64,000 bases of DNA from Prevotella sp. (GTDB lineage: Bacteria; Bacteroidota; Bacteroidia; Bacteroidales; Bacteroidaceae): contig JAGCPC010000116.1 in the NCBI GenBank assembly GCA_017642485.1, positions 42,471 through 106,470 on the forward strand, given 5' to 3'. The position numbers were made by a program, and so were the translations under genes. Below are positions 19,740 through 31,000 of this stretch, in pieces (the stretch's first letter is position 1; every line of letters begins with the position of its first letter). The notes under the pieces are model-generated. The model saw only the letters and a list, made by a program, of their open reading frames with translations. It was not told the DNA's origin and made no database searches.

Positions 19740-21377
19740 ATGGAAAAAAGCGCATTACAAATTGCACGTGCTGCCTACCAGCCCAAACTTCCCAAAGCGC
19801 TCCGCGGAGCATTAAAAGTCATCGAGGGAGCACCAACAACCTCAGTTGCCGATCAGGAAGAAGTAAAGAAACTCTTTCCTAACACCTATGGTATGCCATC
19901 ACTAAAATTTGAACCTACAGAGGGACAGAATGATACAGCTATTATGAATATAGGTGTGATTCTTTCTGGCGGACAAGCACCTGGTGGACACAACGTCATA
20001 TCAGGACTCTTTGATGGTATAAAGAAACTCAACCCAGAAAACAAACTTTATGGCTTCATCTTGGGTCCTGGTGGCTTGGTTGATCATAATTATAAGGAAT
20101 TAACTGCAGACATCATTGACGAATACCGCAATACTGGCGGCTTCGATATAATCGGTTCTGGTCGCACAAAACTGGAGAAGAAGGAGCAGTTTGACAAAGG
20201 ACTTGAGATTATTAAGAAACTGGGTATAAAGGCTCTCGTCATAATCGGTGGTGACGACTCTAATACTAATGCCTGCGTACTGGCTGAATACTATAAGTCT
20301 ATCGGTGCAGGAGTACAAGTTATAGGATGCCCCAAGACAATCGATGGTGACCTCAAGAACTCCGAGATTGAAACTTCTTTCGGCTTTGATACTGCCACAA
20401 AGACTTATTCAGAGGTTATAGGCAATATAATGCGTGACTGTAACTCTGCACGTAAATACTGGCACTTTATAAAACTCATGGGACGCTCCGCATCACACGT
20501 CACGCTGGAATGTGCCCTGCAGACACATCCCAACATCACACTCATCGGTGAAGAGGTGGAAGATAAGAATCTGTCACTGGATGACGTAGTAACGCAGATT
20601 GCCAATGTGGTAAAGGAACGTTCTGAAGCTGGCAACAACTTTGGTGTAGCACTCATACCTGAGGGCATTATTGAGTTTATTCCTGCCATAAAGAAACTCA
20701 TTGCTGAACTCAATGATGTGTTGGCACTTCCTGATGCACAAAATCTTGGACGGAGTGAGCAAATCGACTTTGTCAAGAGTCACCTCTGCGCAGACAACCT
20801 TGAGGTATTTAACAGCCTGCCTACAAGTGTAGCACGACAACTGGCATTGGACCGTGACCCACACGGCAACGTACAGGTGTCACTTATAGAGACAGAAAAA
20901 CTCCTTTCCACTATGGTATCAGCAAAACTCGATCAGTGGAAGAAGGAGGGCAAGTTTAATGGAAAATTCTCTGCCCAACACCACTTCTTCGGATATGAGG
21001 GACGTTGCGCTGCACCATCAAACTTTGATGCCGATTACTGCTATAGTCTCGGTTTCAACGCCTCAATGCTCATTGCTGCAGGCAAGACGGGATATATGTC
21101 ATCTATAAAAAACACCAATCTTCCTGTTGATCAATGGATTGCAGGTGGCATACCTATAACCATGATGATGAATATGGAGAAACGAAACGGTGAGATGAAG
21201 CCCGTAATACGTAAGGCACTCGTGGAACTGGATGGTAAACCATTCCAGTACTTCGCTTCACAACGTGACAAATGGGCAAAAGAAACCTCGTATGTCTTCC
21301 CTGGCCCAATACAGTACTTCGGACCTTCTGAGGTATGCGACCAACCTACTAAGACACTCACACTCGAAAAAGCATAA
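19740..21377 (+). CDS. pfp: pyrophosphate-dependent phosphofructokinase
   Basis: [28 protein letters not shown]. Confidence 0.95.
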   Translation: MEKSALQIARAAYQPKLPKALRGALKVIEGAPTTSVADQEEVKKLFPNTYGMPSLKFEPTEGQNDTAIMNIGVILSGGQAPGGHNVISGLFDGIKKLNPENKLYGFILGPGGLVDHNYKELTADIIDEYRNTGGFDIIGSGRTKLEKKEQFDKGLEIIKKLGIKALVIIGGDDSNTNACVLAEYYKSIGAGVQVIGCPKTIDGDLKNSEIETSFGFDTATKTYSEVIGNIMRDCNSARKYWHFIKLMGRSASHVTLECALQTHPNITLIGEEVEDKNLSLDDVVTQIANVVKERSEAGNNFGVALIPEGIIEFIPAIKKLIAELNDVLALPDAQNLGRSEQIDFVKSHLCADNLEVFNSLPTSVARQLALDRDPHGNVQVSLIETEKLLSTMVSAKLDQWKKEGKFNGKFSAQHHFFGYEGRCAAPSNFDADYCYSLGFNASMLIAAGKTGYMSSIKNTNLPVDQWIAGGIPITMMMNMEKRNGEMKPVIRKALVELDGKPFQYFASQRDKWAKETSYVFPGPIQYFGPSEVCDQPTKTLTLEKA

Positions 21378-22010
21378 ATGACCGCAACAAATGAATATAG
21401 ACAAGCTCTGCAGCCGCTAATTATAGCGGAGGCAGAGCGACTCTTCCGCCAACGTGGCATCAAAGCTGTTACGATGGAGGAGATATCTAAAAGTCTGCAC
21501 ATTTCAAAGCGCACTATTTACGAACTTTATACAAACAAAGAAGAGGTGCTTCTGGAAGTGCTACAGCAGACTCACGAACGCAAGATGCGCCACCTGGAAG
21601 AATTTTCAAGGCATTGTAATAGCATCATGGATATACTTATTGAAGTATTTCGCATGCAACTTGAAGCAAGTGTCACTACCAATTCCAGTTTTTACCATGA
21701 CCTAAAGAAATATCCTAAAGCAGAAGCTTTGTTAAAACAATACACAGCCTATCGTCGCGATTCTTCTTATGATTTCTTTGCCAAAGGAGTGGAAGATGGA
21801 TATTTCCTTCCGACAATCAAATTTAAGGTCTTTATGCATATTATGGCAGCGATAGAGGATACCATACAAAATGATGTGACACTCAAACAACTCACATTTC
21901 GCGATCTTCTTAACAATTATATACGCATACTCATACGCGGCATCTGTACACAGAAAGGATTGCTACGCTTTGACCAGTTTTGGGAGCAACAACAAAACAA
22001 AAAACTTTAA
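21378..22010 (+). CDS. TetR/AcrR-family regulator
   Basis: N-terminal HTH GIKAVTMEEIS...ISKRTIYELY. Confidence 0.88.
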   Translation: MTATNEYRQALQPLIIAEAERLFRQRGIKAVTMEEISKSLHISKRTIYELYTNKEEVLLEVLQQTHERKMRHLEEFSRHCNSIMDILIEVFRMQLEASVTTNSSFYHDLKKYPKAEALLKQYTAYRRDSSYDFFAKGVEDGYFLPTIKFKVFMHIMAAIEDTIQNDVTLKQLTFRDLLNNYIRILIRGICTQKGLLRFDQFWEQQQNKKL

Positions 22011-22013
22011 CCT

Positions 22014-22814
22014 ATGAAAATCACAGCTCTCCAGACCGATATTGCATGGTGCGACACACCACGCAACCTTGCTCTGGCAACAACACTTATACGTGAATCT
22101 GAGCCTTCCGACCTCTATCTATTACCTGAAATGTTTACCACGGGGTTTATCAGCCACCCACAAGAGGAGGTTGAATCAGATTGTGGCATCACTCTTGACT
22201 GGATGAAAAAGATGGCATGCGATACCAACGCCTCCATAGCAGGTTCTGTTGCTGTAAGAGCAAATGACAAGTCCTATCGTAACCGCTTATATTTTGTCAT
22301 GCCCGATGGTACTTATCACTACTATGACAAGCATCACCTATTCACATACGCTGATGAACATTTGCATTATACTCCTGGCATGGCACCTGTTATAGTCCAT
22401 TGGCGTGGAGTCAACATTATGTTACAAGTGTGCTATGACCTGCGTTTCCCCTGCTTTAGTCGAAACCGTAACTACTCCCAATTTACAACAGACAATTTTC
22501 AACAGCCAGCTGTTCATCACTTACCTTACGATCTCTGCTTATACGTTGCCAACTGGCCGTCATCCCGTCGTGCAGCGTGGGATGTATTACTGAGAGCACG
22601 AGCTATCGAAAATCAGTGTTATATCGTAGGAGTAAACCGCATAGGAGATGACCCTACCTGCCACTATAACGGTGGCACAACCATTATTGACCCCTATGGC
22701 AATCCTATCGCCACTGCTCATGACGAGCAGACGTGTGCTATCACTGCTACACTCGACCTTGCTCGTTTGCAACACTTCCGCGAGAAATTTCCCGTACTCC
22801 GTGATGCCGACTAG
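22014..22814 (+). CDS. nitrilase-family amidohydrolase (YafV/omega-amidase-like)
   Basis: E-K-C triad: LPEMF, YDKHHLF, VCYDLRFP; ARAIENQ. Confidence 0.9.
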   Translation: MKITALQTDIAWCDTPRNLALATTLIRESEPSDLYLLPEMFTTGFISHPQEEVESDCGITLDWMKKMACDTNASIAGSVAVRANDKSYRNRLYFVMPDGTYHYYDKHHLFTYADEHLHYTPGMAPVIVHWRGVNIMLQVCYDLRFPCFSRNRNYSQFTTDNFQQPAVHHLPYDLCLYVANWPSSRRAAWDVLLRARAIENQCYIVGVNRIGDDPTCHYNGGTTIIDPYGNPIATAHDEQTCAITATLDLARLQHFREKFPVLRDAD

Positions 22815-22860
22815 TGTAGGAATAGTCGTTTAATATAAAAGAAACTAATGTCCTTTGAGA

Positions 22861-23098
22861 GTTTTCACTCTTACCTCCACCTCCACTTACCTCCACTTCA
22901 CATAGGTAAGTAAAACACAGCATGGCTCTAACCTTGGAGAAGCATAGACATGACCCTGCGGTTGCTTAGCTTCTACCTGCGGTTGCTTAGCTTCTACCTG
23001 CGGAAGCTAAGCATCCGCGTGTGGAAGCGTGGCATCCGCACTTGGAAGCATGGCAACCGCACACAAAGGGCGTGGAGGTAAAATAACAGTTTGAAAAC
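22861..23098. repeat. MITE-like palindromic element with 21-bp internal repeats
   Basis: TTACCTCCAC...GTGGAGGTAA inverted ends; CCTGCGGTTGCTTAGCTTCTA x2, then 3 inverted degenerate copies. Confidence 0.75.
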
Positions 23099-23596
23099 TT
23101 ATTCGAAGCATCTCTTGAACTCACTCTCGAAGTTCGGGGTAAGTACACCTTTCCCCATTGTTTCAAGAATCTCCTGCATTGTCCAGAAGCGACCACAGTC
23201 CAGTTCTTCTGCTGAGGGATTTATTACACCGTTGTAGATTGTCCGATGCACATACACCAACTCTCGCTCTCGCTTGCTTTCAAACACATATCTGTCAACA
23301 AATTCAGGTGTAAAGTCTGTTATGCCCAATTCTTCACGCGTCTCACGACTCAACGCCTCTTCTGGGGTCTCACCATAGTCAATATGCCCCCCTACAGCGG
23401 TGTCCCACTTTCCTGGTTGTATGTCCTTCCACTCTGGTCTTTTTTGTAGATAGATATCACCCCTGGAGTTAAACACATGAAGATGTACGACGGGGTGAAG
23501 CAGTTTGGAACCGTTGTGACACTCACCTCGTGTTGCAGAGCCTATTACTTGCCCGCTCTCGTCCACTATTGGAAAAATCTCCTGTTGATTATCCAC
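23099..23596 (-). CDS. NUDIX hydrolase (IDI-like)
   Basis: GGHIDYGETPEEALSRETREELG Nudix box. Confidence 0.9.
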   Translation of the reverse strand: MDNQQEIFPIVDESGQVIGSATRGECHNGSKLLHPVVHLHVFNSRGDIYLQKRPEWKDIQPGKWDTAVGGHIDYGETPEEALSRETREELGITDFTPEFVDRYVFESKRERELVYVHRTIYNGVINPSAEELDCGRFWTMQEILETMGKGVLTPNFESEFKRCFE

Positions 23597-23604
23597 GTTG
23601 ATTA

Positions 23605-25305
23605 TTAGTATTTCTTTGCAGGCTTACGATAGGAGAATTTCCATACGCGGGCAGAATAAGCAGGGATATCCATGTCTATGCTGTGGTCGCCCTTAAAGAT
23701 TATGGATTTCTTGTCGCCCGTGAGAAGGTCTGTCGCGCTGTATTTCTTTTCTGGAATCTCAAGGAACTCCACGGCGTGCTGTGGAATCTTAACGTCAATA
23801 TCAACAGCATTGCCATTAAAGTTGCAGACTACGAGGAGAATGTCGCCATCCTTCTTGCGGAGGAAGGCATACTGTTTGTTGTTGTCGAAGCGTGCAGACC
23901 AAGGATTGACATACATAAGGTCATAGAACACACCGTCAACTGCCTTCTCCTTGCGTGCTATCTGAAGAACTTTCTGGTGCATGGAGTAAATGTATTCCTC
24001 CTCCGGCGTCAGTTTCTTCTCCGCTGCACGGCAGAGCGTGTCGATACTCCAATAATCGAAAATGGTGGTGCGTCCGTCCTTACCCGAGAAACCTTCTTTA
24101 TCCATACCCTTTTCGCCATACTCCTCGGCGGCATAGAGCATGAATGGATTAGCTTGCATAAGTACACTCGCTACTAACCCTGGTATCCCCTTCTCTGCTA
24201 TCCCTGCAAAATCATCAGAAGCAATGCGTTGTTCATCGTGATTTTCAAGGAAATATAGCATGTGCGAACCTATGTCGTCAGTTGACTGCCAAGCGCCCGT
24301 AATAAAACTTGCAGAGCCATTGCCACAGATGGTGTTACGCATAGTGTCATACATGCCAACCTTGTCATAGAGGTAGTCGAAGCCTGACGCTATATAGTTA
24401 CGATACTGACCAGGGTCATACACCTCACCGATGAAGATAATATCCGGATAGCGGTACTTCACCTTGTCGGTAGCCCATGCCCAGAAGGCACTTGGCACCA
24501 TCTCAGCCATGTCGCAACGGAAACCGTCAACACCCTTCTTTGCCCAGAAGAGCAGTATATCGGTCATCTTGTTCCATGTATCTGGTATAGGGTCAAAGTG
24601 TCCATAATGTGTCCAATAGTCTATGCCGTAGTTGAGCTTCACCGTCTCATACCAATCGTTAATGCCTGGGTTTGCATCGAAATGGTCGTTACCTGTTGAC
24701 TTTGCCGGCTCTTCTACGTATGGCTGCAGGTCGGTAGTGAGTCCACCGTTAGAGGTTCGCAGGTCAAAATAAGGGTCAAAGCGCTGACCAGGACAGTAAT
24801 AGAAATTATTCTGCGGATTGAAGCCCTCATTCACATTGTCATCGGCACCGAGGTCCTTCACGCCTTCAGGCTTGGCTATAGACTGATACTGGCGTGCCAC
24901 ATGGTTAGGTACAAAGTCCATGATTACCTTCATGCCAGCCTTGTGCGTGCGTGATATCAGTGCCTCAAATTCATGCATACGCTTATCGACATCCACGGCA
25001 AGGTCTGGGTCAACATCATAATAGTCACATATAGCGTATGGCGACCCTGCCCTACCCTTCACAACGGCAGGATGCTGGGTGGGAATGCCATACTTGGAGT
25101 AGTCGGTCTGGGTAGCATGGCGTATGACACCTGTAAACCAAATATGGGATATACCCATATCCTTTATCTTCTTGAGTTCTGCAGCAGTAAAATCATTAAA
25201 TTTGCCCGAGCCGTTTTCTTCTATTGTTCCCCACTCTTTTCGCGTAGTATTACGATTACCATAGAGTCTTGTAAACACCTGATAGATTAAAATCTTGTTA
25301 TTCAT
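23605..25305 (-). CDS. GH13 alpha-amylase family glycosidase
   Basis: DFVPNH, GFRCDMAE, IGEVY, FLENHDE. Confidence 0.92.
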   Translation of the reverse strand: MNNKILIYQVFTRLYGNRNTTRKEWGTIEENGSGKFNDFTAAELKKIKDMGISHIWFTGVIRHATQTDYSKYGIPTQHPAVVKGRAGSPYAICDYYDVDPDLAVDVDKRMHEFEALISRTHKAGMKVIMDFVPNHVARQYQSIAKPEGVKDLGADDNVNEGFNPQNNFYYCPGQRFDPYFDLRTSNGGLTTDLQPYVEEPAKSTGNDHFDANPGINDWYETVKLNYGIDYWTHYGHFDPIPDTWNKMTDILLFWAKKGVDGFRCDMAEMVPSAFWAWATDKVKYRYPDIIFIGEVYDPGQYRNYIASGFDYLYDKVGMYDTMRNTICGNGSASFITGAWQSTDDIGSHMLYFLENHDEQRIASDDFAGIAEKGIPGLVASVLMQANPFMLYAAEEYGEKGMDKEGFSGKDGRTTIFDYWSIDTLCRAAEKKLTPEEEYIYSMHQKVLQIARKEKAVDGVFYDLMYVNPWSARFDNNKQYAFLRKKDGDILLVVCNFNGNAVDIDVKIPQHAVEFLEIPEKKYSATDLLTGDKKSIIFKGDHSIDMDIPAYSARVWKFSYRKPAKKY

Positions 25306-25418
25306 AGTCTGTGGATTTTTTGTTTTTACTTGTGGTTACAAAGATACTAAATAAAAGCAATACATCATACTACTTTTAGTTAAACATGGTTAAGACAAAG
25401 CTTGTGCACGCGCACAAG

Positions 25419-26396
25419 TTACGACACCTTGTTTTGAGGCTCTCCCTTGATGAACGAAACCACGTTTTCTATTGCTATTTTCATCAGTCGTTCACGTGCC
25501 GCGAGACTTGCCCATGCTATATGTGGAGTGATATGACAATTGCGTGCCGTGAGCAGTGGCGAACCGCTGACGGGTGGTTCTTCTGTCAGCACGTCGATAC
25601 CTGCAGCATATATCCTACCCTCATTCAGGGCAAGCGCAAGCGCCTCTTCGTCCACCAACGGTCCGCGTCCGGTATTTATTATGATAGCCGAGTGCTTCAT
25701 CATGGCGAGATGCTCACTATTTATAATATGCTTAGTGGATGGCGTCAGCGGACAGTGCAGGCTCAGCACATCGGCACTACGAAACAGTTCATCCAACGTT
25801 TCCACCTTATTTATATATGTAGGCAATTCCTTCTGCGATTTGCTGGTAAAGGCTATTACGTTCATGCCGAGGGAATGGGCTATTTCTGCAGTGGCACGTC
25901 CTGTGTTGCCCAGTCCTACTATGGCAAAGTTCTTGCCAGCCAACAATATCTGTGGCGTTAGGGTGAAGGTGAAATCGGGACAACTGCCCCACTCTCCTCT
26001 ATGTACCGCCTCGTCATGAGCAGCTATATTGTTGGTGATGTGTAGCAGATGGGCTATGGCGAACTGTGCCACCGACTGAGTACTATAGGCTGGTATATTG
26101 GTTACCACTATGTCTCGCTTTCTTGCTTCCTCTACGTCAACCACATTATATCCTGTGGCGAGTACTCCGATATATTTCAGTCTTGGTAGTTGTTCTAGGA
26201 CAGCCTTGTCAAACACCACTTTGTTTGTCAGCACCATATCGGCATCCTTCGCACGCTCCACAGTAAGTTCTGCTGACGTGCGGTCATACTTCTCAAACAC
26301 CACCTTCTCGCCATCGGCATCGGTGATATTATACCAAGGTTCCCAGGATATGTCGCCCGGATTGGCTGCATAGCCATCCATTTCTACTATCTTCAT
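25419..26396 (-). CDS. D-2-hydroxyacid dehydrogenase (glycerate dehydrogenase-like)
   Basis: GLGNTG, INTGRG, DVLTEEP, TPHIAWA. Confidence 0.92.
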   Translation of the reverse strand: MKIVEMDGYAANPGDISWEPWYNITDADGEKVVFEKYDRTSAELTVERAKDADMVLTNKVVFDKAVLEQLPRLKYIGVLATGYNVVDVEEARKRDIVVTNIPAYSTQSVAQFAIAHLLHITNNIAAHDEAVHRGEWGSCPDFTFTLTPQILLAGKNFAIVGLGNTGRATAEIAHSLGMNVIAFTSKSQKELPTYINKVETLDELFRSADVLSLHCPLTPSTKHIINSEHLAMMKHSAIIINTGRGPLVDEEALALALNEGRIYAAGIDVLTEEPPVSGSPLLTARNCHITPHIAWASLAARERLMKIAIENVVSFIKGEPQNKVS

Positions 26397-26399
26397 AGA

Positions 26400-26426
26400 G
26401 TTCAAAAGTTCAAGAGTTCAAAGGTT
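26400..26426 (+). repeat. 8-mer GTTCAAAA-family array, copy 1
   Basis: GTTCAAAAGTTCAAGAGTTCAAAGGTT, identical to 27450-27476. Confidence 0.9.
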
Positions 26427-26436
26427 CCCGTTCACG

Positions 26437-26799
26437 TTAACGTTCCTGTCCGCTTTCCCACTCGTTCCACTCTTTCAGCGCCTGTTGCCAGTCAGTGCTT
26501 TCATCAGCAGTGGGTTGTTGTTGTGCCAAGTCCTTCTGGCGGTCGCGCTCACGTTTTGCCTTCATGTCGGCTATCGTGGCATCGTCGAGTATCTGTATCG
26601 CTCTGCGGTCTATGGCAGCATATAGTTCGTCTGGTCCGAAAGGCTTGCCCGGCTCATTGAAGTCGGAGATATTAAACTCAAACTCCGTCCTGAGCACATG
26701 ACGAATTTCCTTCTGTTTTAGTCGGTTCGCCTTGCACTTCATGCGTAGCAACTTTGCTATCTTTCCTATTTCGGTTTGTGAGTATTTGTTGCGGCCCAT
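26437..26799 (-). CDS. hypothetical protein
   Basis: 120-aa ORF in operon orientation. Confidence 0.7.
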   Translation of the reverse strand: MGRNKYSQTEIGKIAKLLRMKCKANRLKQKEIRHVLRTEFEFNISDFNEPGKPFGPDELYAAIDRRAIQILDDATIADMKAKRERDRQKDLAQQQPTADESTDWQQALKEWNEWESGQER

Positions 26800-26811
26800 T
26801 ATCTTTTTATT

Positions 26812-26864
26812 TTATAGGAACTATAGTTACTATAGATACTATTGGCACTATAGCTACTATAGAT
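26812..26864. repeat. 9-mer ACTATAGNN array
   Basis: ACTATAGTT ACTATAGAT ACTATTGGC ACTATAGCT ACTATAGAT. Confidence 0.88.
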
Positions 26865-26871
26865 TTTTTCC

Positions 26872-27447
26872 TTAGTATAGTAGCAGCAGTCCTGCGAAGG
26901 CAGCGTATGCTATCATGCGTATTGGGTTGATGTGCTTTATCTTTACCCCCACTATGGTAGCTATGAATATGAATATAGACACCCAGAAATGCCAGGGTGA
27001 CACGTCAAGCGAATTGAAGTTCTCGCTATTACACAAAAGCAGGGTTGCTGCAGCCATAAGTCCCACTATGGCAGGACGTAGTCCCATGAAGATGCTCTGC
27101 ACCACATTCGACTGCATATACTTCAGGAACAATTTGCTTATCATGAGCATCAGAATGAAACTCGGAAGTATGAGTGCGAAGGTAGCTATCAGACTACCAG
27201 CGACACCCATCAGCATACTACCCGTCTCATTGAGCAAAGTGGTATAGCCGCAATATGTGGCACTGTTGATGCCTATAGGTCCAGGGGTCATCTGCGATAT
27301 GGCGATGATGTTGGTAAACTCCGCCGACGACATCCACTTATGGCTCGCCACCACCTCATACTGTATTAGCGAGATGATGCCGTAGCCCCCTCCGAATCCG
27401 AAGAGGCCTATCTTGAAGAACGTATAGAATAACTGGAGGTATATCAA
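26872..27447 (-). CDS. short-chain chromate transporter (CHR) subunit
   Basis: FFKIGLFGFGGGY, SQMTPGPI. Confidence 0.9.
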   Translation of the reverse strand: MIYLQLFYTFFKIGLFGFGGGYGIISLIQYEVVASHKWMSSAEFTNIIAISQMTPGPIGINSATYCGYTTLLNETGSMLMGVAGSLIATFALILPSFILMLMISKLFLKYMQSNVVQSIFMGLRPAIVGLMAAATLLLCNSENFNSLDVSPWHFWVSIFIFIATIVGVKIKHINPIRMIAYAAFAGLLLLY

Positions 27448-27449
27448 AG

Positions 27450-27476
27450 GTTCAAAAGTTCAAGAGTTCAAAGGTT
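27450..27476 (+). repeat. 8-mer GTTCAAAA-family array, copy 2
   Basis: Identical 27-mer to 26400-26426. Confidence 0.9.
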
Positions 27477-27482
27477 TGAGAG

Positions 27483-28007
27483 TTATTCCGACGGCTTTAG
27501 GAACAAGCCATAGATGTAGCCACCTATGCCAGCGGCAAGGATGATGTAGATAGGGTTCACCCCCATTCCCCAGATAAGGAGTGCCGAGACGATGGGTATC
27601 CAACAGTTAAGCAGACTTATCTCAGCCTGCTTCATCATGTTGAAGGTAGGTATTGCCATCAGCGCAACAACCGCTGGACGTATGCCAGCAAATGTTGCAG
27701 CAACCCATGGCACTTCCTGAAACTTCTGGAAGAACATGGCGATAAGCAGTATGCAGAGAAGTGACGGTGCTACTGTACCCAATGTTGAGATCAGTGCACC
27801 CCTCACTCCACGCAACTTATAGCCTATGAAGATGGAGATATTTATGGCAAACACTCCCGGACAACTCTGCGCCACAGCTATGAGGTCGAGCAGTGTCTGC
27901 CTGTCTATCCACTTCTTCTTGTCCACCACCTCTGCCTCGATGAGGGGAATCATGGCATAACCACCACCTATGGTGAACATTCCTATTTTAAAGAAAGTCT
28001 TAAACAT
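27483..28007 (-). CDS. short-chain chromate transporter (CHR) subunit
   Basis: FFKIGMFTIGGGY, AQSCPG; start overlaps the purL stop. Confidence 0.9.
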   Translation of the reverse strand: MFKTFFKIGMFTIGGGYAMIPLIEAEVVDKKKWIDRQTLLDLIAVAQSCPGVFAINISIFIGYKLRGVRGALISTLGTVAPSLLCILLIAMFFQKFQEVPWVAATFAGIRPAVVALMAIPTFNMMKQAEISLLNCWIPIVSALLIWGMGVNPIYIILAAGIGGYIYGLFLKPSE

Positions 28008-31000
28008 TTTTCTCTATCCACAAACGTGCATTGACGAATGCCTCGTGCCAAGGTGTTACCTGATCCTTCAGGCGACGCTCCTCTGGATAATAGCCACACT
28101 GCCAAGGGAACTGTGTGCGCTCTGGGTGAGGCATGATGGCAAGGTGTCTGCCGTCCTTGCTTGCCAAGGCAGCCACGTTGTATGCCGAACCATTAGGGTT
28201 AGCAGGATATTCACTGTGGTTGTACTTTGCCACGATATTATACTGCTCCTCTGCGAGTGGCAAGTTGAACTTACCCTCTCCGTGAGCTACCCAACAGCCA
28301 ATTTTCTTGCCTGAGAGCGAACCGAACATCACAGAGTCGTTCTGCGGTATCTGCAGCGTCACGAATGTTGACTCAAACTTATGCGAGTCGTTGTGAAGCA
28401 TCTGTGCATAGTCGCGTGCGTTGTTCACAGCGTGGTCGTTGTTGAGCAAGCCCAGTTCCACCATCAGCTGACAACCGTTACATACACCAAGCGACAGGGT
28501 GTCCTTCCTTGCATAGAACTTATCGAGCGACTCCTTAGCCTTGGGGTTATAGAGGAAGGCACCAGCCCATCCCTTTGCCGAACCCAGCACGTCGGAGTTG
28601 GAGAAGCCACCGCAGAATGCTATGAGGTTCACCTCCTCCATGGTCTCACGTCCTGTGATGAGGTCGGTCATCGTCACATCCTTCACATCGAAGCCTGCCA
28701 TATAGAATGAGTAAGCCATCTCACGTTCAGAGTTAGTACCCTTTTCACGTATGATAGCAGCCACCGGACGCTTCTTCTCTGGACGAGGAGTTACGGTCAG
28801 CGTCTTGTCGGCATCAGCACCGAACTCCCACTCTACAGGCACATTCTTATAGTTGAGGAAACGCTCCGAAGCCTTGCCGTTGAAGCTCTGCTTGCGGTCC
28901 AGCAGGTATGAGGTGCTGTACCACGTATCGCGCATCTCGTCGATATCAAAATCGAAGGTCATTTCCCTTTCAGCCCTCAGTGCGTTAGGCACGTTGGCGT
29001 TGCTGATGCTCTTGGTAATAGTTATCTTGCGCTCCGCCTGTGTGGTACCAATCTTTGCATAACCTACGCCAGCATCCTCAAGAATCTTCTTCACCTTCGG
29101 AGCATCCTCCTCACGTATCTGTATCACCACACCAGGGTTCTCAGCAAAGAGCAACTTCACGATGTCACCCTCCTGTATCTTGTCGAAGTTGAGTTTAAGA
29201 CCACCCTTAGTGTTGGCGAAACACATCTCAAGCAGTGTGGTGATGATACCGCCAGCGCTGATGTCGTGACCTGCCAGGATGAGTCCCTCCTGCACCATCT
29301 GCTGTATGGCGAGGAAAGCATCACGGAAATACTCTGGATTCTTAACCGTTGGCACGTCTGAGCCCACCTTGCCGAGAGTCTGGGCGAAGGCAGAACCACC
29401 AAGCTGCAACTGGTCGAATGAGAAGTCTATATAGTACAGGCGTGAAGCCTTCACATCCTTTATCACAGGGCTTACGGTCTTCTTCACATCATTCACCTCG
29501 CCGCCAGCACTTACTATCACTGTTCCTGGAGCGATAATCTTCTTGCCGTCAGGATACTTCTGCGTCATAGACAGCGAGTCCTTACCCGTTGGCACGTTGA
29601 TTTGCAGTTCGCAACAGAAGTCTGACAATGCCTTCACAGCCTTATACAGACGAGCATCCTCACCCTGCTGAGCACGACAAGGCCACATCCAGTTAGCTGA
29701 CAGAGATACTGAGTCCAGCCCCTCTGCCATAGGAGCGAAGACGATATTGGTCAGAGCCTCTGCAACTGAGAGCACCGAACCTGCCTCGGGGTTGGCAAGT
29801 GCTGCCTGCGGGGCATGACCTATTGAGGTTGCTATACCCTTCGTGCCTGTGTAGTCGAGAGCCACCACGCCACAGTCGGACAGTGGCAACTGCAGTTCGC
29901 CCTGACACTGCTGACGAGCCACCCTGCCCGTCACTGAACGGTCCACCTTGTTGGTCAACCAGTCCTTACATGCCACAGCCTCCAACTGAAGCACGTTCTT
30001 CAGGTATTCCTTCACCTGGTCGTTCATGGTGTTACCCGTTGAGAGTCCGCTCACGTCGTATGTAGCGACCTCATACTTGCGCTCCACCGTCTTGTCCTCC
30101 ATGATGGTCTTTGGCGAACTGCCAAACATCTGGTCAACAGAGAGGTCGAATGGACGCACGCCGTCAGCCTGCTCAAAGGCAAAGCGATGGTCGCCAGTCG
30201 TTTCACCTACGGTGTACATAGGAGCCCTCTCGCGGTCGGCTATCTTCTGTACGTGTTCTATCGCCTTCTCGTCTATGAGCAGTCCCATGCGCTCCTGCGA
30301 CTCGTTGGCTATTATCTCCTTGGCAGACAGCGTCTTGTCGCCTATAGGCAGCTTGTCCATCTTGATGAGTCCGCCACAGTCTTCCACCAGTTCTGACAGA
30401 CAGTTTACGTGACCAGCTGAACCGTGGTCGTGAATTGAAACGATAGGATTCTCGTCTTCCTCACCCAGCGCACGCACCACATTGTATGCACGCTTCTGCA
30501 TCTCTGGGTTGGCACGCTGCACAGCGTTCAGTTCTATGCCTGATGAGTAGCGTCCCGTCTCCACACTTGACACTGAGCCGCCACCCAGTCCGATGCGGTA
30601 GTTCTCACCACCCATCACCACTATCTTGTTGCCTGCCTCGGGCTTACCCTTCAAGCAGTCGCGCTTTATACCGTAGCCCACACCGCCTGCGAGCATAATC
30701 ACCTTGTCGTATGCGTACTGCTCTTCCTTCTCTTGGTGTTCGAAGGTAAGCACCGAACCACAAATCAGCGGCTGACCGAACTTATTGCCGAAGTCGCTCG
30801 CACCGTTTGATGCCTTGATAAGTATCTGCTCTGGAGTCTGATAGAGCCACTGGCGCACTGGCAGAATTTTCTCCCAGGCGTTGTCTGTACTCTCCTTACG
30901 GGGGTATGATGTCATATACACCGCAGTACCAGCTATAGGCCATGAACCCGTACCGCCACCCATACGGTCGCGTATCTCGCCGCCAGTTCCTGTAGCAGCA

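Noticed and set aside
22955-23064. CRISPR array
   Set aside because: Units are contiguous, partly inverted, have no unique spacers, and no cas genes are nearby.
24724-24766. GACCTGC direct repeat around a loop in the GH13 gene as a target-site duplication
   Set aside because: A 7-bp match is compatible with chance and repeated Asp-Leu codons.
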